Positions 1 to 9,216 of a stretch of 64,000 nt of DNA are shown piece after piece (positions within the stretch are counted from its first letter, which is position 1; every line of letters starts with the position of its first letter). Both the position numbers and the translations under genes were made by a program. The notes beneath the pieces are model-generated. The model searched no databases. It was not told the DNA's origin and saw only the letters and a list, made by a program, of their open reading frames with translations. The DNA is from Chloroflexota bacterium (lineage in GTDB: Bacteria; Chloroflexota; UBA11872): positions 226-64,225 of the forward strand of contig JAPPKM010000071.1 of assembly GCA_028874315.1 (NCBI GenBank). Direction: 5' to 3'.

Positions 1-244
1 CGACGAGATCCTTGCGTAACCCCAGAGTGCTTGCCCGGAAGACCCCTCACCGGTTTCGGCCGAAGACGGCCGAACCTGCCTCTCCCCTTGGAGAGGGTGA
101 AGAGCGGCGCGGCCTGCACGGAGGAGGCGGGGTTCTGCAAAGGTCTTGACGGGGAGAGGGAGACAGAGCGGCCGTGCCGTCGACCACGAGGGGCGGTTAT
201 GCAATGGTCTCCGGGACGCGGGAAAGACCGAGGGTGACGCGGTG

Positions 245-1201
245 ATGAAGATTGTGATTGGAACCGGGCAGTTCGGCGAGGACTACGCGGAGCAGTTGGA
301 GGCGCGTTTTCCCGGGGTCACGTTCAGCATGGCGCTGACCGATCCGGACGAGGTGCGCGAGATCGTGGATGCGGACGCCTTCCTGGGCTGGCCGGAGCCG
401 GAAGCCATCGCGGCGGCACAACGGCTGCGCTGGATTCACGTGCCTGGGATGGGTATCAACAACACGATGCTGAGTCCGGGTATCGCCGAGTCCGGGATCG
501 TGGTCACGAATTCGCCGGGGGCGCACACGAATCCGATTGCCGACCACGTGATGTTCTTCGTGCTTTCGCTGGCGCACCAGGGACGGCGGCTACTTGACGA
601 TCAGCGGGCTCGGCGCTGGGACACCCGGTCGTACGAGCTTCAGCTGCGGGATCTGGACGGTTCCAACATGCTGCTGATTGGGCTGGGCGGCATCGGGCGC
701 GCCGTGTATCAGCGGGCGCAGAGCTTTGGGATGCAAGTTTCGGCAATCGATCCGACGCCGACGGACGTGCCGGCGGGCATTCGCGAGGTTGGCGGCGTGG
801 ACCGGTTGGATGCGCTGCTGGCCGATACGGACTGGCTGGTGGTGACCGTGCCCATCACGCCGGGTACCCGCAACATGATTGACGCGCGACGGATCGGGTT
901 GCTGAAGCAGGGCGCCGCGGTGATCGTGATATCGCGCGGCGGGATCGTGGACGAGGATGCGCTGGTTGAGGGGCTGCGCTCGGGGCGGCTCTCCGGCGCG
1001 GGGCTGGATGCCACGGAAACGGAACCGCTGCCGGCCGACAGTCCGCTGTGGGACATGGACAACGTCCTTATTTCGCCGCACTGCTCGGGTGTGACGCCGA
1101 GCATGTGGAAACAACGCCAGGAGACGCTTGAGGACCAGGTGCGTCGGTTCGTGGAGGGGCGGCCGCTGGCGTTTATCTGCGATCTCAAGCGGGGGTATTA
1201 G
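245..1201 (+). CDS. D-isomer-specific 2-hydroxyacid dehydrogenase family protein (NAD-binding)
   Basis: ORF 146..1201. The ATG at 245 (MKIVIGTGQ) is the likely start. NAD-binding glycine-rich block 'IGLGGIGRAV', plus 'SRGGIVDEDAL' and 'SPHCSG' blocks typical of the family. Confidence 0.8.
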   Translation: MKIVIGTGQFGEDYAEQLEARFPGVTFSMALTDPDEVREIVDADAFLGWPEPEAIAAAQRLRWIHVPGMGINNTMLSPGIAESGIVVTNSPGAHTNPIADHVMFFVLSLAHQGRRLLDDQRARRWDTRSYELQLRDLDGSNMLLIGLGGIGRAVYQRAQSFGMQVSAIDPTPTDVPAGIREVGGVDRLDALLADTDWLVVTVPITPGTRNMIDARRIGLLKQGAAVIVISRGGIVDEDALVEGLRSGRLSGAGLDATETEPLPADSPLWDMDNVLISPHCSGVTPSMWKQRQETLEDQVRRFVEGRPLAFICDLKRGY

Positions 1202-1323
1202 ACCGGGGGCGCGTAGTCCTTGTGGATGCCAGCCGGAATCGTTTACTTGACATAAGTCGCAGTGGCGAGGGTGGTGACTTGCGTGTGGGCAGGCCCGAGT
1301 TTTGAGCGACGCCTAGAGCGTGG

Positions 1324-2607
1324 CTAGAAAATTTCGGCGGCGGTCGGTAACCCGGGCACCGATGATTCCGGAAGCCGCAGGTGCAGGGCCTGGTGCCAGC
1401 GGTGGGGGACGAAGAGGTTGAGGACGCCGTCGTCGAGGAAGGCGTCGATGTAGGAGCACTGGTGGTTCATGAAGGGCATGTCGTAGACGGGGGCCAGGGC
1501 GTTGGCGAAGACGAAGCGTGGCTGGCCCCAGGTGCGGCCGCCATCCGTGGAGAGAGCCACCCAGATTTCGGAGCGGTCGCCCATGAGGGATTCCTTGTCG
1601 CCGCTGAGGCCGGAGTAGTCGAGGTCGTGGTGGCGGTTGTGGTGGAAGGCCGCGAGGTGGCCGTTGGAGAGCTTGAAGAGCATGGGCGGGGCGTCGGGGT
1701 GGATCAGCGGGGTTGGCTCGGGGTCCGACCAGGTGCGGCCGTCGTCGTGGCTGCGGAGGTTCCAGAGGTGGCCTTCGGGCGTACGGGCCATGGCGTAGAC
1801 CTCGCCGTTGCCGAGGTCGATAGGACGCATTTCGTCCATGCGGTTGAAACCGCCGGCGTGCCAGCCGCCGTGGCGGGCGTCGGGCAACAGCTCCCAGGAC
1901 TGACCCTGGTCCTCGGATCGCAGGATGTACTGGCGGGTCATGAGCGGGCGGTAGGACCAGTCGCCTTCGTGGGTACCGAGCAGCCAGGTTCCGGCCTCGG
2001 TTTCGCACATGCGCATGACGGACATGCCGGTGAAGCCGGGGTCGTTGACGGGGCGGATCAGACGGACTTCGGACCAGGTGTGGCCGTCGTCGTCGGAGTA
2101 GCGATAGCCAATCGGGGCGTTTTCGTGGAGGCCGTGCTTTGTGGTGTGGAGGGCCCAGATGGGTTGCGTGCCGAAGCAGTAGATTCGTCCTTCGGGGATG
2201 CCATTTCCGGTGCGGGGCGTTAGCGGAATGAAGCCGTGAAGGTTGTAGTCGATGTCGATGGGGCGCGTCGGCCCGTGCCAGGTTGCGCCCCGGTCGCTTG
2301 AGCGGAATGCAACCAGGTCGTTCGCCTTGCGTTCCTGGCGGCCGTAATGACAGCGGCCTTCCGGGACGGCGAGGGTGTTGGTGGGGAACATCAGGAGGTA
2401 GTCGCCACCGGGAGTCTTAATGGCGCGGGTTTCAAAGAGGGTGCCGCGCTCGGTTCGGTAGACGACCTGGCCGTCGACCGCCGGGGCGGTGATCATCCCC
2501 AGGTGCTCGCGGACGACGAGGCCGCCAGGCGGCGCGGCCAGGGCCACCTGCCGGTCCTGGAGGTTGATTGAGTCCGCGAGGCGTTGCGGCGGGTAGGGCG
2601 CACTCAT
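1324..2607 (-). CDS. BNR/Asp-box repeat protein (sialidase-like glycosidase fold)
   Basis: Five SxDxGxTW Asp-boxes: SSDRGATW, SDDDGHTW, SEDQGQSW, SHDDGRTW, STDGGRTW. 427-aa ORF. Confidence 0.75.
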   Translation of the reverse strand: MSAPYPPQRLADSINLQDRQVALAAPPGGLVVREHLGMITAPAVDGQVVYRTERGTLFETRAIKTPGGDYLLMFPTNTLAVPEGRCHYGRQERKANDLVAFRSSDRGATWHGPTRPIDIDYNLHGFIPLTPRTGNGIPEGRIYCFGTQPIWALHTTKHGLHENAPIGYRYSDDDGHTWSEVRLIRPVNDPGFTGMSVMRMCETEAGTWLLGTHEGDWSYRPLMTRQYILRSEDQGQSWELLPDARHGGWHAGGFNRMDEMRPIDLGNGEVYAMARTPEGHLWNLRSHDDGRTWSDPEPTPLIHPDAPPMLFKLSNGHLAAFHHNRHHDLDYSGLSGDKESLMGDRSEIWVALSTDGGRTWGQPRFVFANALAPVYDMPFMNHQCSYIDAFLDDGVLNLFVPHRWHQALHLRLPESSVPGLPTAAEIF

Positions 2608-2640
2608 TGGGGCGAATTTGCCGAAGGGCGGAAGCGCCGG

Positions 2641-4137
2641 CTACGACAACCCGTAGGCGTAGAGGCGGGCCGCGCCGTAGAGCCAGAAGCGGAGTTTGAC
2701 TTGGCCGGTGTCGAGATCGGACAGGGTCTTGCCGTTCCATGTCACGGGGCGGCGGAGGCCGTCGATGAAGATGTCGTCGGAGTCATGGCGGGTGAAGCCT
2801 TCCAGCGGTTCGTTGCTGTCAGAGTCAAGCACCTCGACTTCGATCCAACTGCGGTTCTGGCGAACGTCGCCGACGTTCAGGGTCAGGTTGGTCAAGCCAG
2901 ACGCATCGATTGGCGTGGTGGTGGCGTGGCCGGGGGTTTCGCGGTCGGGGGTTTCGAGGCAGGTGAAGCCGTCCTCGCGTAACGTGGCGACGCCCATGCG
3001 AACAACCCGGCCGGAGCCGCTGCCGGAGCCGCCGTAGTCGACGCCGGGGATGAAGTTCTCGGGCGGCCAGGTGGTGAAGTCCTCGGCCGCGCCGCCGTAG
3101 TAGAGGTATATGGTGCCGTCCTTGACGACGAGCTTGTCGGAGATAACCAGCAGGCCGCCATCCCATTCGGTGTGGGCGCCGCGAGGGATGGTGGGCTGGT
3201 GGGGATTCACGCGTTCGAAGTTGGCTCCGTCAGCGCTGACCGCCAGGCGGATGTCTCCCCCGTACATGCCGTATAGCCCGTAGTCGCTGGGGACATACCA
3301 GCCGTACTCGTAGGCCACGATCCAGGCGCCGCCGTATGGGCCCATCATGACGTGGTGGTCTTCTTCCTCGAGGCCGTCGTTGGGCGAAATCAGGGGGTTT
3401 TCGTCGGCCTCGCGGAAGTTCTCGATGTCGGGACCGTAGGCCAAAAACTTGGCTCGGCCCTGGGACGGATTTCGCTTCGAAAACTGCTTCAGATGGGGCT
3501 CATCCAGATCGACCATCCACTGGTAGACGAATTTGAAACGCCGGCTTGGATCGGGGTCCTGATCGTCACGGACCAGAACGCCGACGTCCGGCGGTCGTCC
3601 ACCCCAGCGCGGCAGCAGGATTCGCTCGCCCGTGGTCCAGTTGATGCCGTCCGGGGAGAAGATGGCGCGAGCGCCGTGCTCGCTGTAGGCAGGCTCGCCG
3701 ACGTAGCTGTGTAAACGCTTGATGCCCTTGAAGCGCTTGTTGGGGTCAGGCTCGGCGTCGTCCTTGATGATCGGGCCGCGGCCTTCGATGACGATGTTGT
3801 TGTCCTTACTGCCCTTGTACTCGAACATCCCCAGATTCGGCTTATGCCAGTTGATGCCGTCTTCGCTTATGGCATAGCCGGTGGCCCACCAGCGGGCGCC
3901 GCCCATGTCGGAGCCGGCGTACCAGGCTTTGAAGAGCTTGTCCTCTTCGTCGTAAATGACGCTCTGGGAGGACCAGGGCGCGCAGTGGGTTGAGTCCCAC
4001 TCCTGGATATCGCCCAGCGGGAGTACCGGGTTGAGCGGGTGCTTCTCGGCCTGGCACACGGCTCGGACGACGTTGTGGCAGGACTCCACGCGGTCCATGA
4101 GAAGAAAGCCGTCGTGGCTGGCTGGGTTGGCGCTCAT
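2641..4137 (-). CDS. Putative glycoside hydrolase, beta-propeller type (family not assignable by eye)
   Basis: 498-aa ORF with coherent coding composition, next to sugar ABC transporter genes. W/G/D-rich repeated blade-like segments. The functional call is weak. Confidence 0.55.
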   Translation of the reverse strand: MSANPASHDGFLLMDRVESCHNVVRAVCQAEKHPLNPVLPLGDIQEWDSTHCAPWSSQSVIYDEEDKLFKAWYAGSDMGGARWWATGYAISEDGINWHKPNLGMFEYKGSKDNNIVIEGRGPIIKDDAEPDPNKRFKGIKRLHSYVGEPAYSEHGARAIFSPDGINWTTGERILLPRWGGRPPDVGVLVRDDQDPDPSRRFKFVYQWMVDLDEPHLKQFSKRNPSQGRAKFLAYGPDIENFREADENPLISPNDGLEEEDHHVMMGPYGGAWIVAYEYGWYVPSDYGLYGMYGGDIRLAVSADGANFERVNPHQPTIPRGAHTEWDGGLLVISDKLVVKDGTIYLYYGGAAEDFTTWPPENFIPGVDYGGSGSGSGRVVRMGVATLREDGFTCLETPDRETPGHATTTPIDASGLTNLTLNVGDVRQNRSWIEVEVLDSDSNEPLEGFTRHDSDDIFIDGLRRPVTWNGKTLSDLDTGQVKLRFWLYGAARLYAYGLS

Positions 4138-4259
4138 GTGGAGACCTCAGTCACTCGAGATGGGCCGAGGCTCAGGATAGACAGCCTGTGAAGACGGCGC
4201 GACTGGAACTCTCGGTCCAGTTGGTCTGCCGAAGCCAGGCGCGGTTGGGCCGGAGTGCG

Positions 4260-5135
4260 CTAGCCCTTGATGCCGGTGAGGGCGATGCCGCGGATGAACT
4301 GCTTCTGGGCCAGGAAGAAGGCCACAATCATAGGGACGATCAGCAGCATGGCGCCGGCCATGAGCAGGTGGTATTCGGTGCCGAACCGGGAGACGAAGAA
4401 CCTCAAACCCAGCGCCAAGGTGAGGTTCTCAGTTCGCTGCAAGTAGATGAGCGGCTCAAGAAAGTCGTTCCAGCGGTTCATGAACGAGAACACGGCAATC
4501 GTTGCGATAGCCGGGACGGACAGCGGAATCACAACTTTGCGCAGGATCTGCAGGTGGGAGGCTCCGTCGATACGGGCCGCGTCATCGAGCTCCCGGGGCA
4601 GCGTTAGAAAGAACTGTCGCATGATGAATATGTAGAAGGCGGTCCCAAACACGCGCGGAATCAGCAACGGCCACAGTGTGTCGATCATTCCGAGGTGGAA
4701 GAAGATCATCCAGCGCGGAATCAGCGTCACTGCGCCTGGGAGCATCATCGTGGCCAGAACCCCGACGAACAGCTTGTCCCGACCCGCGAACCGTGTGCGA
4801 GCGAAGCCATAGGCAACCGAGACGCTGGTCACCGTTTCGGCAACCACACTGAACCCGACCACAATTGCGGTGTTCTTCATCCATGACCAAGTCGGTCCGT
4901 TGGCCCACATTACGGCGTAGTTTTCCCAGACTGGCGGCCACGGAACGATGATTGGCGGAAGGACGTAGAGGTCGGACTCCTTCGTCAGCGATGTTCGCAA
5001 CATAAAAAACACGGGGTACATGTAGAGGAAAGCGCCGCCCACCACGATGAGGTACAACACGAAGCGGCGCGTCCAGCGAAAGGCCCGCAACGCGACCGGT
5101 CTGCGCCTCTGTGCTCCTGCGGTTGTCGCGGCCAT
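4260..5135 (-). CDS. Carbohydrate ABC transporter permease (MalG-like)
   Basis: Polytopic membrane ORF with the binding-protein-dependent permease EAA-type loop 'DDAARIDGASHLQILRKVVIPL'. Confidence 0.85.
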   Translation of the reverse strand: MAATTAGAQRRRPVALRAFRWTRRFVLYLIVVGGAFLYMYPVFFMLRTSLTKESDLYVLPPIIVPWPPVWENYAVMWANGPTWSWMKNTAIVVGFSVVAETVTSVSVAYGFARTRFAGRDKLFVGVLATMMLPGAVTLIPRWMIFFHLGMIDTLWPLLIPRVFGTAFYIFIMRQFFLTLPRELDDAARIDGASHLQILRKVVIPLSVPAIATIAVFSFMNRWNDFLEPLIYLQRTENLTLALGLRFFVSRFGTEYHLLMAGAMLLIVPMIVAFFLAQKQFIRGIALTGIKG

Positions 5136-6092
5136 CTAGCCCGGCTCCTGGTATTCGTAGTAGACCCAGCGTCGGGCGCCAAGGAACTGGATCATGGTGG
5201 CCACAAAGATGATCGCGAACAGGATCCAGGAGATTGCGGCAGCGTAGCCCATCTTGAACGCGTTCCAGCCCATGATCCAGATGTATAGCAGGACGAACAG
5301 CGTGGCGTTATCCGGTCCGCCTTCGGTCATCAGCAGCGCTTGCGTAACAACCTGAAATGACCCTATTACGCCAAGGATCAAGCTGAGGAATATGTATGGC
5401 GTCATCATCGGGATTGTCACGTGGCGAACCTTGGCCCACCAGCCACCGCCGTCTACCTCCGCAGCTTCATAGAGGTGCTGGGGCACGCCCTGGAGGCCGG
5501 CCAGGAAGATCACCATCGATGCTCCCACGCCCCAGAAACTCATGATGATAAGCGCCGGCATCGCCCAGGTCGTCGATGTCAGCCAGCGCGGACCATCGAT
5601 ACCAAACCAGCCGAGGAACCCATTGATTGGACCACGCGATGCGAAGAGCCATATCCAGATCAGGGCCATGCCCACCCCGGAAGTCACGGAGGGGATGTAG
5701 TACATGGTGCGCCAGATCGGCATCCCCTTGACCTTCTGATTTAGCAGGCCGGCCACCGTGAACGCTATTACCGTTGAAACTGGCACATGGAAGAGGGTGT
5801 AGTAGGCGGTGTTCCAAAGGCTCTTACCGACGAGTGGATCCGTCATGGCGGCCTGGTAGTTGCGAAGGCCGATGTAGGACGGCGGGCGACCCACATCCCA
5901 GTTCAGGAACGAGATGATGAGGGCGAAGATGTAGGGGCCAAGGTCGAGCAGGATGAACCCCACGACCCAGGGGAAGATAAATACCCAGCCTTCCTGGTTG
6001 CCAATCCACTTGCGAATGGCACGCCAGCGCGACAGGCGCTCGGGCGCCGCGCCCAGACCTGCTGTCTTCGCGCTAAGGCTGCTCGACGCCAC
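5136..6092 (-). CDS. Carbohydrate ABC transporter permease (MalF-like)
   Basis: Polytopic ORF with EAA-type loop 'YEAAEVDGGGWWAKVRHVTIPMM'. It abuts the downstream permease. Confidence 0.85.
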   Translation of the reverse strand: MASSSLSAKTAGLGAAPERLSRWRAIRKWIGNQEGWVFIFPWVVGFILLDLGPYIFALIISFLNWDVGRPPSYIGLRNYQAAMTDPLVGKSLWNTAYYTLFHVPVSTVIAFTVAGLLNQKVKGMPIWRTMYYIPSVTSGVGMALIWIWLFASRGPINGFLGWFGIDGPRWLTSTTWAMPALIIMSFWGVGASMVIFLAGLQGVPQHLYEAAEVDGGGWWAKVRHVTIPMMTPYIFLSLILGVIGSFQVVTQALLMTEGGPDNATLFVLLYIWIMGWNAFKMGYAAAISWILFAIIFVATMIQFLGARRWVYYEYQEPG

Positions 6093-6214
6093 GCTTCACC
6101 TCCGGGCCAACTGCCCGTGTGCCCCTAGGCAACCGAAGCGCTTGACCCGGGATGCCTTTGGACAGCCGGTGGGGACGCCGAAATGGCGCCCCCACCGGGT
6201 CAAATCCTGAGAGC

Positions 6215-7852
6215 CTAGATCTCGCGCCGGAGAGCTTCGGTTCCCTCCGCGTCCAACTCTTCCATCATCTGGTAGGGGCTCTCGCCTCCAACCAGCGCCC
6301 TGTCAGTCAACTTGGCGCGGGAGAGACGGAACCACTCAAGCCAGTTGGGGTGCGAGTGGGTGCCGCGGACCCAGTTCTCGCGGAACTGCCCGACCTGCTC
6401 AGCCTCGGCGGCCAAGTCTGGGAAGTTGTCCGTTCCGCTGGCGAACTTGGTGATGAACTCGCTGTTCCAGATGTTCTTGACAGCCGGAACCACGGGCTGG
6501 AACTCGGCCAGGTACGGCGCCATGATGTCGCCGTGCCAGAAGAAGGCAAGCCCAGCGGCCTCCTCGGCGTTGCCGCGCTCTTCGGCGGCCCGGTTGACCA
6601 CGATGTTGTTGGTCTCGTTGTGGTAGCCGCGCAGCCCCGAATACGGCGACTGATAGGGCCAGAACACGTGGAAGTCGAACCGACCGCCGATGCGGTTCTT
6701 GATACCCCCGCCCGAGTTGTACCCGAAGCCGGACATTCCGATCAGGCCTGTGGCGAACAGGTTATTCGAGCCGGAGGTATTGGACGGCGACTCCAGCGTG
6801 GCCTGCACTTCGTCGGTGTTTGGCGCCACGCCGTCTTCCCATGCCAGTTTCCACCAGTCGGCGAAGGCCTCAACCGAGTTGCCGCCCGGCTGCGTGGCGA
6901 TCGAAGCCGTGGAGGTCTCGGTCGCCGTGTCGTACCACTTGGCGCCTTCGCTAGCGAAGCGCTCGGCGAAGCCCTGATTCCAACTGTAGGTCTGACGCTC
7001 GAAACCCCAGACGTTGGTCTCGGGGTCGCGCATCTGGGCGCCCAGGTCGCGCAGTTCGTCGAACGAGTAGTCCTTGTCGGGAATGGTGACGCCGAAGCGC
7101 TCGACCAGGCTCAGGTTCGCCATCATGGCGCCTACGTACACGCCGTACGGCACACCGCGGGTGACCCCGTCCTTGTCGACCAGGTAGCCGTCGTGCCACC
7201 AGAAGTCGTCCTTCGTCAACCCTTCCCGCTGCATGTGCGGCTCGAGGTCCAGGTTGTAGAGGTCAGCGTTCCACCACAGCTCGGACATAAGTTCCGGCCC
7301 GGAACCCGCAACCAGCAGGTTCGTCAAGATGCCGGAGTAACCGACCGCGGTGCTGCCGCCGGAACCCGAGATGATGAGGATGTCAACCGTAACGTGCGGG
7401 TTGACCTTGTTGTACTGCTCGGCCATGAACTTGTGCGTGGCCGCGCGAACGCCGGAACCCCAGTCGGTCGAAAACTCAAGCCGCACGGGCGCCTTCTGCA
7501 TCGGCGCCTCGACCATGACTTCGACTTCCTTGGTCACGACCTTTTCGACGATCTTCTCGCGCTCGACGACCTGCGTGACGACGCGATCGACCGGTACCTC
7601 GACTTGCTGGGTCACGACCTTTTCCTGCGTGACGATGCGCTCGACCGGGACTTCCTTAACCTCGGTCCTGGTCACGATCGTCTCGACGGGAACTTCTTTA
7701 ATGACCGTCGTCTCGACCGGGACTTCCTTCGTGATGATTTGCGGCTCAGCTTCGCCACAGGCCGCAAGGGCCGCGACGCCAGCCGCGCTTACACCCAGTC
7801 CACCGGCAATGCGTAGCATCCGGCGTCGGGTCATATTTGAACTGATGCCCAT
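6215..7852 (-). CDS. Extracellular solute-binding lipoprotein of the ABC sugar transporter, with repetitive linker
   Basis: ORF 6215..7930. The ATG at 7852 is preceded by GGGGAGG (alternative ATG at 7834). Twin-arginine signal plus lipobox 'MTRRRMLRIAGG...LAAC', followed by a KEVPVE-type repeat linker and then an SBP-like domain. Confidence 0.8.
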   Translation of the reverse strand: MGISSNMTRRRMLRIAGGLGVSAAGVAALAACGEAEPQIITKEVPVETTVIKEVPVETIVTRTEVKEVPVERIVTQEKVVTQQVEVPVDRVVTQVVEREKIVEKVVTKEVEVMVEAPMQKAPVRLEFSTDWGSGVRAATHKFMAEQYNKVNPHVTVDILIISGSGGSTAVGYSGILTNLLVAGSGPELMSELWWNADLYNLDLEPHMQREGLTKDDFWWHDGYLVDKDGVTRGVPYGVYVGAMMANLSLVERFGVTIPDKDYSFDELRDLGAQMRDPETNVWGFERQTYSWNQGFAERFASEGAKWYDTATETSTASIATQPGGNSVEAFADWWKLAWEDGVAPNTDEVQATLESPSNTSGSNNLFATGLIGMSGFGYNSGGGIKNRIGGRFDFHVFWPYQSPYSGLRGYHNETNNIVVNRAAEERGNAEEAAGLAFFWHGDIMAPYLAEFQPVVPAVKNIWNSEFITKFASGTDNFPDLAAEAEQVGQFRENWVRGTHSHPNWLEWFRLSRAKLTDRALVGGESPYQMMEELDAEGTEALRREI

Positions 7853-7941
7853 ACCGTGAGCCTCCCCTGGAGCGCGCCTCTTCCGATCGGCGCCGTTCGC
7901 CAAAGTACCATGCAGCGTCCAAATCGTCATAGCCCGAAACG

Positions 7942-9096
7942 GTGCATCTCGTGAAGCACGACCTGCTGATTACCGCGGGACGAATCGAGGATCCGGCTCG
8001 GGGCCTCCGCGGGCCCGGCTACGTGGCGACGACCGGCGATCGCATAGTGATCGCAGCGATTGGATCGAAATCACAAGCAGCTCCAACAGCGCGGCGCCGG
8101 CTCGACTATCCCGACGGCATTCTTTTGCCCGGGCTCGTGGACATGCACGCGCACCCGGCCATCGAGGACTCAAAGTACGGAATCGACCCGGATGTGCACT
8201 TCCTGCCGCGCGGCTCAACGACCGTCATGTCGCAGGGCGACGCCGGCGCTCGGAACTGGCCGCGCTATCGCGAGCAAGTGATCGAACGTGCGCGCACTCG
8301 CGTGCGGATGGCCATCAACCTGTCGGCCTCCGGGGAATCGAATCCCGGTTTCAGCCTGGGCGATCTGGCCGAGGCGGACGTGGATGCCTGTGTGAACGCG
8401 ATCCGCGACGGCGGCGAGCTGATCTGGGGGATTGCGATCAACGTGGCCAAGGCCGTCTGCGGTGATACCGACCCGCGCGAAATGCTGCGCCGAGCGATCC
8501 AGGCTGGCGAGGCGACTGATCGACCGCTGCTCGTTGGCACCCGCCACGCCGACGACTTTCCGCTGGACGAGCTGCTGGACCAGTTGCGCCCCGGCGACGT
8601 CGTGACCTATTGCCTGCACGGACTTGTCGACCGAATCGCGAGGGACGGGCGGGTACTGGACTGCGTCTGGCAAGCCAGGGACCGCGGCGTGCTGTTCGAC
8701 ACCGGCCATGGGATGGGATCGTTCGATTTCGACGTGGCGGAGACCGTTGTCAAGGAAGGCTTTCTGCCGGATACGATCTCGACCGATCAGTACCGGCGTC
8801 ACGTCGGCTCGAATCCGCAGCACGACCTTCCGCTGACCGTGTCCAAGCTGCTGGCCGCCGGAATGCGTGAGGAAGACGCCTGGCCGCGTATCACGTCGCG
8901 ACCGGCCGAACTTCTCCACCTCGCCGGCGAGGTGGGCACGCTGGCGCCGGGCGCCTGTGCGGACCTGGTGGTCCTGACTGAGGCCGGCAACGACGTGGCA
9001 CTGCGCGACATAAGCGGCAAGGAGCGCCCCGGCCGCATCTGGCGCGCCGCGGCCGTTGTGCGTGGCGGGGAGTTGGTGAAGCCAACAAGCCGATAG
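7942..9096 (+). CDS. Amidohydrolase-superfamily metallo-hydrolase
   Basis: 'LLPGLVDMHAHP' HxH metal-binding motif near the N-terminus. 384-aa ORF. Confidence 0.7.
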   Translation: MHLVKHDLLITAGRIEDPARGLRGPGYVATTGDRIVIAAIGSKSQAAPTARRRLDYPDGILLPGLVDMHAHPAIEDSKYGIDPDVHFLPRGSTTVMSQGDAGARNWPRYREQVIERARTRVRMAINLSASGESNPGFSLGDLAEADVDACVNAIRDGGELIWGIAINVAKAVCGDTDPREMLRRAIQAGEATDRPLLVGTRHADDFPLDELLDQLRPGDVVTYCLHGLVDRIARDGRVLDCVWQARDRGVLFDTGHGMGSFDFDVAETVVKEGFLPDTISTDQYRRHVGSNPQHDLPLTVSKLLAAGMREEDAWPRITSRPAELLHLAGEVGTLAPGACADLVVLTEAGNDVALRDISGKERPGRIWRAAAVVRGGELVKPTSR

Positions 9097-9216
9097 AGCC
9101 GTTGATGTACAGCCGGCGCCAGACTGGCCCTGGCGCTTGTCGCCGTTTGCGCCGCCGTCTAGATTCGTGACCAGTCCCCAGGCGTCAACTCGGGTTCCAC
9201 CGAGACCGGAGGCAAC

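Noticed and set aside
79-96. Perfect 7-bp hairpin CCTCTCC-CCTT-GGAGAGG near the window start
   Set aside because: No U-tract follows on either strand and no complete upstream gene is in view, so a terminator call cannot be supported.
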